The notes: generated by a model not told the origin, from the sequence alone. 56,169 nt of DNA from Candidatus Woesearchaeota archaeon (GCA_013330595.1 DUIB01000018.1:1-56169); one strand, 5' to 3'. Numbered from the stretch's first letter, positions 18,774 to 28,078 are shown. Numbers and translations: made by a program.

Positions 18774-19827
18774 GATGCCATCTTAATATTCCGGCATTCT
18801 GGATCCATGTAAAGATAATATCAGCAAATAATCCTACAGCCAAGATAAACATTATCTCTTTGATGACAGCTGAATGAGTGAGGAAATATGCAGTAAGAAC
18901 TGCAATTAAAGCTGAAATTGACATCATCATACCTGTTTTTAAAGCTCCTATCGTTCTTTCAAATACTGTTCCTTCTTTTCTCTTCAATACTCTTACAGAC
19001 ATTAATATATCAGTATCTATGCTATATCCTACAAGCATAAGAAATGCGGCAACTCCTCCTGTATTCAACTTCAATCCCATGATATTGAAAACAGCCAGAG
19101 AAAAGAAAATATCAGAAGCAGCGCATAATATTATACCAAAGCTAGGGATATTATCTTTGAAATAAAGATAAACAAGAAATGCAAGAATCAATACAGGAAT
19201 TATGTATAATGTTGTTGTTTTTGCATAAAACATCATCAATCCAGCTGTAACAGATAGTACAGCTACAAGCCATTTATATTTCAAGAATGATCCAAAATAA
19301 AGATAAACAACCAAGCTCATAAAGATAAATGCCACAAATATAGCCTTCAATGTCTGATTGAAAAATGCTGTTCCAAGGCTTGGTCCTGTGATTTCTGAGC
19401 TATAATCATTAGAATTAAGGTCAGGATATTTTACCCTCAATACTGATAATAAGTCCTGCTCGCTAACATCTGAGGCTTCAACCACAAATCCATATCTTCC
19501 ACCGAATTCATTAGTTGCCCTTACACTGATATCTGATTTTAGAAATTTATCAGTAATTAATGCTTGAAGTGCATCTGGATCCACAGGCTCATTAGTTGTT
19601 ACTGTCAGTGTCAATCCTCCTTTTAATGTTATGCCTTTGTCTACAAAATCCCCTGTACTAATATATTTGAAAGCAATAGCACCCACTGAGAAAACCAACA
19701 ATAATATGCTGAATATCATTAATGCTTTATAATGATTATCATATGTCCTTAAAAAAATATTTCTAGAATCCTTATGATTGGTTGCTTTATCACTACTTTT
19801 TTCTGTGTGTTCCTGATGGTTTGACAT
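18751..19827 (-). CDS. secF: protein-export membrane protein SecF
   Basis: GYSIDTDILMSVRVLKRK and a C-terminal TM block. Start trimmed to the ATG at 19827 (MSNHQEH). Confidence 0.85.
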   Translation of the reverse strand: MSNHQEHTEKSSDKATNHKDSRNIFLRTYDNHYKALMIFSILLLVFSVGAIAFKYISTGDFVDKGITLKGGLTLTVTTNEPVDPDALQALITDKFLKSDISVRATNEFGGRYGFVVEASDVSEQDLLSVLRVKYPDLNSNDYSSEITGPSLGTAFFNQTLKAIFVAFIFMSLVVYLYFGSFLKYKWLVAVLSVTAGLMMFYAKTTTLYIIPVLILAFLVYLYFKDNIPSFGIILCAASDIFFSLAVFNIMGLKLNTGGVAAFLMLVGYSIDTDILMSVRVLKRKEGTVFERTIGALKTGMMMSISALIAVLTAYFLTHSAVIKEIMFILAVGLFADIIFTWIQNAGILRWHLEKKGWK

Positions 19828-19971
19828 AATGATAAATGGATTTGGGATAATTTTATAAATATTTCCATTTAATAATAAATGTAAAATGCTTGATAAAGAT
19901 TTGATGACCAAAATCAAAAAATTCATAAATAAAGCTATTTATAGTATCTAATTGAATAATAGAGGTGTGAA

Positions 19972-20442
19972 GTGAACAAGAGCCAGGTATCAACAGAGTA
20001 TTTAATAATATTAGGGGTGACTCTTGCAGCAATAATTCCTGCAGGTTATTTCTTCTATTCTTATAGCAGAACACAGAATGATGATTCTGTAAGGTCACAA
20101 GTCACTCAAATTGGGGAGCAGATATTGGTTGATGCTGAGACAGTGTACGGATTAGCCGAAGGCTCACTGATTACACAGGATTTTAAATACCCAGCTAATA
20201 TAAGAGCTATAAAAATATATGATAGAAGCGAACTTGTTATTGAATATGATCTGGGATCTGGAGATACTACTGCTGTGTTTTTCTCGAAACTGAATATTAC
20301 TGGAGCCTATGACATCTTAGGAGCTGTGGGCGATCCGGCAATATTGCAAAATTCATCCCTTTATGACACAGAAATCACCGGCGGTAAGCACAGCATAAAA
20401 TTTGAGTCAAGAGGAAATTACGTATATATAACAACCCCATAG
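19972..20442 (+). CDS. class III signal peptide (archaeal type IV pilin-like) protein
   Basis: N-terminus MNKSQVSTEYLIILGVTLAAII fits the prepilin-peptidase K/Q-S-T-E-hydrophobic pattern. GTG start after gaggtg. Ends in TAG. Confidence 0.65.
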   Translation: MNKSQVSTEYLIILGVTLAAIIPAGYFFYSYSRTQNDDSVRSQVTQIGEQILVDAETVYGLAEGSLITQDFKYPANIRAIKIYDRSELVIEYDLGSGDTTAVFFSKLNITGAYDILGAVGDPAILQNSSLYDTEITGGKHSIKFESRGNYVYITTP

Positions 20443-20472
20443 TGATTTATCATTTAAAACGCAATTGATCCT

Positions 20473-20889
20473 ATGAATATCCAAAATAAATCCCAAAGTT
20501 CAACTGAATTTGTGGTACTGGCAAGCTTTATGCTGTTGATATTCATTGTATTTATCATGGTTATACAGCAAAAGGCTATTGTTTCAAATCGAGAAAAGAG
20601 TGATGCGATTGCGAATGAAGTGATGGCTCAGGTATTGAATGAGATAAAGATTGCTACTTCTGTAAGTGATAGTTATTATAGGGAATTCACTCTCCCTAGC
20701 AAACCACATGGTCTTGAGTATAATATTACGTTGACATCTTCAGGAGGAGATGCTGAATTAGTGTTAGGATATGAGAATAGAGAAATGGTAAGGTTTTTGG
20801 ACAATATCCAGGCAGGATCAGATATTCAGGTAGGCTCAAATATTATAGGGAAATCTGGAGGAGTAATTTCCATTAGAAAGAAGCCTTAA
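20473..20889 (+). CDS. class III signal peptide (archaeal type IV pilin-like) protein
   Basis: N-terminus NKSQSSTEFVVLASFMLLIFIVFI. Paralogous in layout to the upstream gene. Confidence 0.65.
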   Translation: MNIQNKSQSSTEFVVLASFMLLIFIVFIMVIQQKAIVSNREKSDAIANEVMAQVLNEIKIATSVSDSYYREFTLPSKPHGLEYNITLTSSGGDAELVLGYENREMVRFLDNIQAGSDIQVGSNIIGKSGGVISIRKKP

Positions 20890-20943
20890 TATTTAGATTA
20901 AAAACAGCATAAACATTTTAAATACCTGCTAAATTCTAGAATC

Positions 20944-21741
20944 ATGATGTTAGTTGATGTTCATGCACACATGGATATAGATGGGTTTATTGGAAAAAAG
21001 CTTGATATAGATCAAGCTATTACGAAATGCATTAAATCTGATGTTGTTGCTATTGTGAGCCAAGGAGTCAATATAGAAAGCAATAGGGATGTTTTGAAAC
21101 TCGCGCAAAAACATAAAATAATCAAGCCTGCTCTCGGGATATATCCTGTGCATTGTTTTGAGATGATTAGCCAAGGCAAAGAAAAAGAATTTAATTTGGA
21201 GATAGAATTCATTGATCAGCAATTGAAGAACAAAAAAATAGTTGCTATTGGAGAGGTGGGTTTGGATTACAAAGAGATAGAGCCTACAGATGAGAACAAG
21301 AAAATTTTAAAGGATTGCCTGAAAAAATTCCTTGATCTGGCAAAAAAATATGATGTTCCAATAATTTTACATTCTCGGGGAGCGGAACTTGACCTGATTG
21401 AATTTCTCGAGCAAGAAGGCATGAAGAACAGAAGAGTAATTATGCATTGCTTCTCTGGAAGAAAGCATCTTGTACAAAGAATAATTGACAATGGATGGTT
21501 CTTAACAGTTCCGGCCATTGTGGCAAGACTAGAGCATTTCCAGTACATAGCACGAGATGCTCCTTTAAATCAATTGCTTACAGAGACAGATAGTCCAATG
21601 CTGTCTCCTGATTCAAACACATTGAATGATCCAAGCAATGTTATATTCGCGATAAAGAAGATTGCAGAAATAAAGAAGATGGATGAGAATGAGGTTGCAA
21701 ACATAATCTATAATAATTATCAGAGACTGTTTCAACAATGA
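20944..21741 (+). CDS. TatD-family metal-dependent hydrolase
   Basis: Motifs VDVHAHMD, GEVGLDY, ILHSR, MHCFSG, TETDSP. Confidence 0.85.
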   Translation: MMLVDVHAHMDIDGFIGKKLDIDQAITKCIKSDVVAIVSQGVNIESNRDVLKLAQKHKIIKPALGIYPVHCFEMISQGKEKEFNLEIEFIDQQLKNKKIVAIGEVGLDYKEIEPTDENKKILKDCLKKFLDLAKKYDVPIILHSRGAELDLIEFLEQEGMKNRRVIMHCFSGRKHLVQRIIDNGWFLTVPAIVARLEHFQYIARDAPLNQLLTETDSPMLSPDSNTLNDPSNVIFAIKKIAEIKKMDENEVANIIYNNYQRLFQQ

Positions 21742-22895
21742 TTAAAAAGACTAAATATTATTCTTGGAAATTGAATAATCTTGCAGATGGATGCGAGCAA
21801 TGCATTAAAGGGCAAAAGCTTGTGATGTTTGTTACAGGAATATGTCCTAGGCAATGCTCTTATTGTCCGCTGTCAGAGCATAAAAAGGATCATGATGTGA
21901 TTTTTGCAAATGAAAGGCAATTAAATGATGAGGATGATATAAAAGCAGTTTTAGAGGAAGTAAGAGCATGCAAATCAGAAGGTGCAGGATTTACCGGCGG
22001 GGACCCATTGACAAGGATTGACAGAACATGTAATTACATCCGATTATTGAAAAAGAACTTCGGAAAAAGATTCCACATACATTTGTATACGAGCATGGAA
22101 TTGCTTGATGAGAAAAATCTTAGTAAACTTAATGATGCAGGCCTTGATGAATTAAGATTGCATCCAGAGCTATATAATAATAAGCTTTGGCACAAAATTT
22201 CTTTATTTTATGATACGCAAAAACGAAAATATGATTTTAGGTTTGGTATAGAAATTCCTGTATTGCCTGATTCATATGGGCTAACAAAAGGAGTTATTGA
22301 TTGTTTCATCAATTGGGTGGATTTTATCAATCTGAATGAACTTGAGATTTCTGACGCTGAAAATTTCAAATTAAGGAATGTGAAGACAAGAAACAGATCA
22401 TATTACGGCGCAAAAGGATCGCAAGAGACTGCGTTAAAATTACTTAAATATATTGACTCTAAATATCCTAAGTCAAATGTGCATTTCTGTACTTGTAAAC
22501 TCAAAGACAAGGCTCAATTAGGAAACAGACTTAGAACACGTGCCCTTAATACAAAGAAAATATTTGATATAGTTACAGATGATGGAACTGTGATCAGAGG
22601 AGCCATCTATTTAAAAGAATTGTCTCCAGGATTCGGATATAGAAGAAAAATAAATGAAATCATTAATACCAAAGAAATTTTTAAAAAATTGGAACAATCA
22701 AAGAATATCATAATTAAAAAATACTCTGTTCCAAAAAGATTTATTGAAACTGATCAAAGGAAGTTTAGGCTTATAACCAATATAGGGATTGTTGAGCAGC
22801 TTTCAAAAGATTTAAAATCTCTAGGAATGATCCCTGCTGTTGTTGAGCAATACCCGACATGGGATCAGATGGAAGTGGATATTACATTCCTTTAA
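21738..22895 (+). CDS. radical SAM domain protein
   Basis: CPRQCSYCP (CxxxCxxC) and GFTGGDP. Its start overlaps the tatD stop by 4 nt. Confidence 0.75.
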   Translation: MIKKTKYYSWKLNNLADGCEQCIKGQKLVMFVTGICPRQCSYCPLSEHKKDHDVIFANERQLNDEDDIKAVLEEVRACKSEGAGFTGGDPLTRIDRTCNYIRLLKKNFGKRFHIHLYTSMELLDEKNLSKLNDAGLDELRLHPELYNNKLWHKISLFYDTQKRKYDFRFGIEIPVLPDSYGLTKGVIDCFINWVDFINLNELEISDAENFKLRNVKTRNRSYYGAKGSQETALKLLKYIDSKYPKSNVHFCTCKLKDKAQLGNRLRTRALNTKKIFDIVTDDGTVIRGAIYLKELSPGFGYRRKINEIINTKEIFKKLEQSKNIIIKKYSVPKRFIETDQRKFRLITNIGIVEQLSKDLKSLGMIPAVVEQYPTWDQMEVDITFL

Positions 22896-22896
22896 T

Positions 22897-22968
22897 GGCC
22901 TCGTAGTCTACCGGTATGATGTCGCTCTCACTCAGCGAAGGTAGCGTGTTCGACTCACGCCGGGGCCA
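22897..22968 (+). tRNA. tRNA, probably Val (anticodon CAC), no intron
   Basis: Hand fold: acceptor GGCCTCG/CGGGGCC, anticodon stem TCGCT/AGCGA with loop CTCACTC, T-arm GCGTG-TTCGACT-CACGC, discriminator A. Position 37 would be U, which is unusual. It starts 1 nt after the radical SAM stop codon. Confidence 0.7.
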
Positions 22969-23008
22969 TATCACAAAATTTATATACTGATTTATTCATG
23001 GATTGATC

Positions 23009-23842
23009 ATGCAATTCAAGGAGTATTTTTATACATTATTCAAAAGCCTTAATCCTGAATCTTATTCTGAATTATCAGAGCGAAAGCTTTCAGAGGCTTT
23101 CAAATATTTTTTATTTATCTTTATTGCTTCATTCATAGTTATGCTTCTCCTGTTTATTCCATCACTACTTGCATTCAACTCCTTTTGGGAGCAAAAGTCT
23201 GTTAATCTAAACCAATTTGAATTAGATGCTTCAATAAATGTTAATAACGGATTCTATCTTCTTAAGGATCCGAGCATAAAGATAGATAAATCAGATGCTA
23301 ATTTCACTGATGCAAGAGTCATGATCACTGAAGACAGCATTCATTACAGGTCATTGTTCTTTTTTGGAAAGACAAAAGTGCTGCCATTGCCAAGCTATGA
23401 TCTTAAAGATACAGATACTGCAAGATCCTTGCTCTATTTGCTTTTGCCTTCATTGATTATTTGGGGCTTTATATTATTTTTTGCTTATTTTGTTTTCCTA
23501 ATCCTGTTCACTTGGGTTATAGGATTTGTTATTGTTTATTTCTTGAACAACAAGATAACTGCTAAGAGATTATTAAAAATAGTTTTTTTTGCCTCTACAA
23601 TCTTAGTATCGATACAGCTTGTGTTGTTGCCTTTTTTTAGATTATTGCTGCTCCCTGTTATTGCCTACTGGATATTGATACTCATAATTATTTTCACATT
23701 AAAGGATCATGTTCAGGAATCAAGAAATGTCTTTAGGAATAAGGATGAAAAAATTGAAGTAGATGATTCTGGTAATATAAAGAGCAAAAAGAGAAAAAAG
23801 AGTTATGATGAAGAGAATGATGGATATGTTGAGTGGAAATAA
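23009..23842 (+). CDS. multi-pass membrane protein, hypothetical
   Basis: Several long hydrophobic segments and a basic/acidic C-terminal tail. ATG at 23009; the track start is a TTG. Confidence 0.55.
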   Translation: MQFKEYFYTLFKSLNPESYSELSERKLSEAFKYFLFIFIASFIVMLLLFIPSLLAFNSFWEQKSVNLNQFELDASINVNNGFYLLKDPSIKIDKSDANFTDARVMITEDSIHYRSLFFFGKTKVLPLPSYDLKDTDTARSLLYLLLPSLIIWGFILFFAYFVFLILFTWVIGFVIVYFLNNKITAKRLLKIVFFASTILVSIQLVLLPFFRLLLLPVIAYWILILIIIFTLKDHVQESRNVFRNKDEKIEVDDSGNIKSKKRKKSYDEENDGYVEWK

Positions 23843-23984
23843 TTTATTGCTAGGCTCACATAGATCTCTTTTATTATTGGTTCTCGAGTTATTTGATATG
23901 GCGTATTTTTGGATTAGTTCGCTAGCTGGCAAAGGAAATAAGAAACTTTAAATACTTCTCTATCTTTTACTATGATTGGGTGAT

Positions 23985-24734
23985 ATGATGGCATCTCGCG
24001 AGGATAGAATAGTTAATCTTGCTTCTACATTAAGGGCTTCTGGACTAGCAAAGAGTGATGCTCAAGCTAGGATGATGGCAGAAGAAATGATCGGTGTTGA
24101 GGAGAGTGTTCAGAAGAGATATGATGAAGAGCATGCTAAGGCCCAGGAATTCTTGAGGACTGCAAAGAATCTTAGAGATATTAGGCAATCTGAACCTATT
24201 AAGCCTGTGAAGCCTGAGATAAAACAGGCAGACATTGTAGGCAGAAGGATTGAGCCTTTAATGACAAATGAGCCTGTAAAGAAACCAGTTGATGAAGAAG
24301 CACATGAAAAGAATGTTTTACTTGAAGAAGTTCAGACAGATGTTTATCTCGGAAAAGGCACTTTAAAAGACCTTATGATGAATCAAATCCAAGAGGATAA
24401 GCACGAGATTAAGAATATTGAAGAGCTAGAGCCTCAAGAAATTCAAGATTCAACAGATAGCAGCGAAAATCAAGTTAGTGATGAAGATCAAACTATTAAT
24501 GAAGATCAATCAAATAATGAAGATCAATCAAATAATGAAGACAAGGCTAATGCTACTGATGAAGAACCAAAGCAACAGATTGATGGTGATAAGCTGCGAG
24601 CATTGATGGAAGAAGAAGGCCCTTTAGAAGAGCATACTAGAGAGATTAAGGAAAAGCCTAAGGATGTTAAGCCTAAGGAAGAATATGCAGAGAATTCTGT
24701 TGACTTAAACCAGATGTTTAATGTGCATAAGTAG
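23985..24734 (+). CDS. acidic, low-complexity hypothetical protein
   Basis: E/D/K-rich with an NEDQSN repeat. The ATG at 23985 follows gggtgat (SD-like) and a TATA (ctttaaata) about 35 nt upstream. Ends in TAG. Confidence 0.6.
   Translation: MMASREDRIVNLASTLRASGLAKSDAQARMMAEEMIGVEESVQKRYDEEHAKAQEFLRTAKNLRDIRQSEPIKPVKPEIKQADIVGRRIEPLMTNEPVKKPVDEEAHEKNVLLEEVQTDVYLGKGTLKDLMMNQIQEDKHEIKNIEELEPQEIQDSTDSSENQVSDEDQTINEDQSNNEDQSNNEDKANATDEEPKQQIDGDKLRALMEEEGPLEEHTREIKEKPKDVKPKEEYAENSVDLNQMFNVHK
24498..24541 (+). repeat. 18-nt in-frame tandem repeat (about 2.4 copies)
   Basis: aatgaagatcaatcaaat at 24498-24515 and 24516-24533, then a partial third copy. Encodes NEDQSN. Confidence 0.85.
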
Positions 24735-24760
24735 GTTTATACTGTATGTCCAGATCAAAC

Positions 24761-24967
24761 CAAAAGCAAAAACACTCTGTGTTTTTGGGCTTTGATTATT
24801 GCAGAACCGAAACATAAAAAACATTTTTTTAATGTTTTTAGGCTTCGGAATTTGAAAAATTCCGAAACGTATGAAATGTATAACATTTCAGGGTCTCGAA
24901 AATCGGAATTTTCGAAACATCAAAAACACTTTGTGTTTTTGGACTTCGATTCCACTGGAATCGAAAC
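24761..24967. repeat. Hairpin array 1: four tandem units, each a pair of short hairpins ending in cgaaac
   Basis: Perfect stems: 24767-75/24779-87, 24817-25/24831-39, 24844-53/24857-66, 24872-79/24883-90, 24896-903/24908-15, 24921-29/24933-41, 24945-53/24957-65. One degenerate stem at 24791-97/24805-11. Loops are 3-5 nt. Confidence 0.8.
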
Positions 24968-24968
24968 C

Positions 24969-24978
24969 TTTATAAATA
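24969..24978 (+). promoter_or_regulatory. TATA box candidate for the surface-protein gene
   Basis: tttataaata lies immediately after the last hairpin unit and about 66-75 nt upstream of the ATG at 25044. ggggggt (SD-like) lies 7 nt before the ATG. Confidence 0.4.
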
Positions 24979-25043
24979 ATAAATCACTACAGAGTGATGA
25001 ATCATTGATTAAGCTTATGTTTAATATTATTGGGGGGTATAAA

Positions 25044-26375
25044 ATGAAAAAGATACTAATTTTTGTATTGTTTGCAGCACTTTTGATTGCAACCACATCA
25101 GTACATGCATTGGAATTCAAATCATTAATTTCAGATGCAGTATCAAGGAGTTTTACTCAAAAAGATATTTCTCAGGCAGTTTCATTCACTGTTTCAGATC
25201 TTGAACTAGGTTCAAATGATCAAAGAAGGAAGCAAACAGCAACTGCAAACCTGAAGATTACAAATACAGGATCAGATGATATTACGGTAGCTTTAAGCTC
25301 TAATGCAGCATCACTTTATGCATTGCAATTCTCACAGAATAATATAAATGTTCCATCTAATCAATCTGTTGATGTATCTGTTTCAGTCACTGTTCCAGAT
25401 GATCAGGATTCTGGAAGAAAGAGTATTGGAACAATAACAGCAGCCGCTTCTGGGGTTACGAGAACATCAAACATCTATTTAACAACAAAATCAGAATTAG
25501 TCATTTCAAGAGTAAAGGTAAATGTTGACGGCAAAAGCTCAAGTCTTGATGATGGTGAGGATGTCGATGCTGAGCCAGGTGATGAAGTAATTCTTACAGT
25601 CACATTAAAAAATGAGTACGACGAAAGCATAGACATTGAAGATATCACTTTGACTGTTGAGTCAGATTCTGACTTAGACTTAGATGATGATGCTGACATA
25701 TCAAGAATCAAAGATAATGATAAAGATGATTCAGAATTCTCATTCACTATCCCAAGAGATATTGATGAGGATGATTATGATATTGATATCACTGTTGATG
25801 GTGAAGATGAGAATGGTGCAAATCATGAAGATGATTACACAATAACTATTAATATTGACAAGAAAAGCCATGAGATAAGCATAGTAAGAACAACACTAAG
25901 TCCATCAAGAATATCCTGTGGTGGCAGAGTCTCTTTAAAGACATTGGTTGAGAATACAGGCAATAATGATGAAGACAATGTTGCGATAGAAATAATCAAT
26001 TCTGAGCTTAACCTCGAGGAATATTTCACTGGATTAAATATTGATGAGGCAGATGATATTGAAAAGACATTAACATTCAATGTCCCATCAAGCATTGAAG
26101 CAGGGAATTATAATATCGAAGTCACATCATATTATGATAATAAGCAATCTGATGTAAGTGTTGTAACATTATATGTAGATACTTGTGCGGCAACAAACAA
26201 TACCTCAGCACCAACAACTCCTACACCACCTGTAGTTTATCCAACAGGAACCTCAGCTCCAAGCTATGGAACACAGGGATTTATGAATACAACAGGTTAT
26301 ATTGTATTGTTAGGAATAGCTGCACTAGTCTTCATAATAATCATAATTGTATTGCTAGTGAAATTTGTTTTTTAA
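25044..26375 (+). CDS. secreted, membrane-anchored surface protein with repeated CARDB/Ig-like modules
   Basis: Signal peptide MKKILIFVLFAALLIATTSVHA, repeated beta-rich modules separated by a D/E-rich segment, a P/T-rich linker (TSAPTTPTPPVVYPTGTSAP) and a C-terminal TM anchor. The 84 N-terminal codons in the ORF track span the hairpin array and are taken as spurious. Confidence 0.7.
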   Translation: MKKILIFVLFAALLIATTSVHALEFKSLISDAVSRSFTQKDISQAVSFTVSDLELGSNDQRRKQTATANLKITNTGSDDITVALSSNAASLYALQFSQNNINVPSNQSVDVSVSVTVPDDQDSGRKSIGTITAAASGVTRTSNIYLTTKSELVISRVKVNVDGKSSSLDDGEDVDAEPGDEVILTVTLKNEYDESIDIEDITLTVESDSDLDLDDDADISRIKDNDKDDSEFSFTIPRDIDEDDYDIDITVDGEDENGANHEDDYTITINIDKKSHEISIVRTTLSPSRISCGGRVSLKTLVENTGNNDEDNVAIEIINSELNLEEYFTGLNIDEADDIEKTLTFNVPSSIEAGNYNIEVTSYYDNKQSDVSVVTLYVDTCAATNNTSAPTTPTPPVVYPTGTSAPSYGTQGFMNTTGYIVLLGIAALVFIIIIIVLLVKFVF

Positions 26376-26454
26376 TTATGCAACTATAAACCAGATGCAA
26401 ACATACAGGACATAAACAAAAGATTTAAATATTACCCATTCTGGATTTTATTGC

Positions 26455-27741
26455 ATGAAGCTAGTTTTTCATGGTGGAGCAAAAGAGGTGGGAAAGAGTT
26501 GCATTGAGTTGATTACACAGGGCAATAGATTTCTATTGGATGCAGGTGTCAAATTTAAAGAAGATGGCTTTGAGGCACCATTCAATATCTTTAATCTTCC
26601 AGGTATTAATGGATTATTCTTAAGCCATGCACATCTTGATCATACTGGATCATTGCCGTTATTCGAGCATTATAATCTATTATGTCCAATATTCACTACA
26701 GAGCAAACAAGAGAATTGACAGCTGTATTGCTAAGGGATTCATATAAAATTGCTAGAATCAAGCATTTGCACCCAGCCTATCAAAAAATTGATTTAAAGA
26801 ATGTCTATAGGTCAACAAGAATAATTGAGTTCAACAAGGCATATAAGCATATGAATATTGATTTTAAATTCTTTAATGCAGGACATGTCCCTGGAAGTGC
26901 AATGATTCTGATCAATGCAGAGGGAAAAAAGATCCTCTATACAGGAGATTTCAAACTGGCTACAACAAGATTAATGAAAGGAGCAGAGCAATTGCTTAAT
27001 GATCCTGAACTAAAGAATATTGATGTATTGATTACAGAATCAACATATGGAGGAAAGATATTGCCTGACAGAAATGATCTGGAAGAGGCGTTTTTAGACA
27101 AGGTTGAAGAAGTTGTAAAAAAAGGATCTGCATTAATTCCAGTATTTGCACTTGGCAGGGCTCAAGAGATTCTTTTGATCCTATCAAAAAGAAAATTTTC
27201 TGTACCGATATATTTTGATGGAATGTCAGTTGACTTAACAAAAAAGATTTTATCATTAGATCCGACAAATATTAATGGGAAAAAGACCCTAATTGATATG
27301 TATAAGAAAGTTGATTTGGTGAAAAAGGAAAAAAAGAGGCATAAAATCATGAACAATAAGGGAATTTTCATAACAACATCAGGAATGCTTCAAGGAGGTC
27401 CTGTAATGGCCTATCTAGAGAACATGTGGGGTAATCCGAACAATGCAATCCTTTTGACTGGATTTCAATGCAAGAGGACAAATGGAAGATTATTGCTGGA
27501 TGAAGGTTACATATATTTATCCGGCTGGAAGACTTATGTTAAATGCCAAGTGCAGAAATTTGATTTTTCAGGACATGGAGATGATAATGAGATAAAGCAG
27601 TTGATAAAAGCATTGAATCCAAAAAATCTGGTATTTAATCACGGAGATGAATCATCTATATTATCATTAAAAGCCTGGGCTGAAAAGAATCTTCTTGCAA
27701 AAGTGTTCGCTCCATCAGTAGGAGATAGTATAGAATTTTGA
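26455..27741 (+). CDS. beta-CASP / metallo-beta-lactamase-fold ribonuclease (aCPSF2-like, no KH domains)
   Basis: HAHLDHTGSLP (HxHxDH), a later GHVPGSA, TESTYG, and a C-terminal FSGHGD...NHGD. 428 aa. Confidence 0.85.
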   Translation: MKLVFHGGAKEVGKSCIELITQGNRFLLDAGVKFKEDGFEAPFNIFNLPGINGLFLSHAHLDHTGSLPLFEHYNLLCPIFTTEQTRELTAVLLRDSYKIARIKHLHPAYQKIDLKNVYRSTRIIEFNKAYKHMNIDFKFFNAGHVPGSAMILINAEGKKILYTGDFKLATTRLMKGAEQLLNDPELKNIDVLITESTYGGKILPDRNDLEEAFLDKVEEVVKKGSALIPVFALGRAQEILLILSKRKFSVPIYFDGMSVDLTKKILSLDPTNINGKKTLIDMYKKVDLVKKEKKRHKIMNNKGIFITTSGMLQGGPVMAYLENMWGNPNNAILLTGFQCKRTNGRLLLDEGYIYLSGWKTYVKCQVQKFDFSGHGDDNEIKQLIKALNPKNLVFNHGDESSILSLKAWAEKNLLAKVFAPSVGDSIEF

Positions 27742-27782
27742 ATTAGATACGATTTTTTTCTTGGTAAGAATCAGTTATTATT

Positions 27783-28052
27783 AAAAATTTCGACAGAAAT
27801 TTTCAGGGTTTAATACAAAGAAATGTGGTACATTTCTTGTACAACAAAATTTATTAAAATTTTGTTGTACCCCGACCTTTAGGTCGAAATTTTTAATTCA
27901 AAAAATGCTTCGCATTTTTGAACAAGAAATTCGTATAGATTTCTATGTTCCAAAAATTCGCGATTAAGTGAGGAGCGTAATACCACAACCTTTAGGTTGT
28001 GGATACAAAGAAATCTCTGAGATTTCTTGTACAAAAAATCCTTTGGATTTTT
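27783..28052. repeat. Hairpin array 2: nine or more consecutive short hairpins
   Basis: Perfect stems: 27784-91/27796-803, 27818-26/27830-38, 27841-52/27857-68 (12 bp), 27873-78/27881-86, 27901-08/27912-19, 27925-30/27939-44, 27983-91/27994-28002, 28008-17/28019-28, 28034-41/28045-52. Recurrent gtac junctions. Confidence 0.8.
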
Positions 28053-28078
28053 ATGTAGCTCCGAACAGCGAATTTTTG

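Noticed and set aside
24792-25043. The 84-codon N-terminal extension of the surface-protein ORF given in the ORF track
   Set aside because: It is translated straight through the palindromic array. A TATA box (24969-24978), an SD-like ggggggt and a textbook signal peptide all point to the ATG at 25044.
24735-28078. The hairpin arrays as CRISPR arrays, TIGR-like arrays or integron attC sites
   Set aside because: There is no constant repeat alternating with unique spacers; the variable parts are themselves self-complementary. The hairpins are far shorter (20-28 nt) than attC sites and lack RYYYAAC/GTTRRRY cores. No cas, Nop-domain or integron-integrase gene is adjacent.
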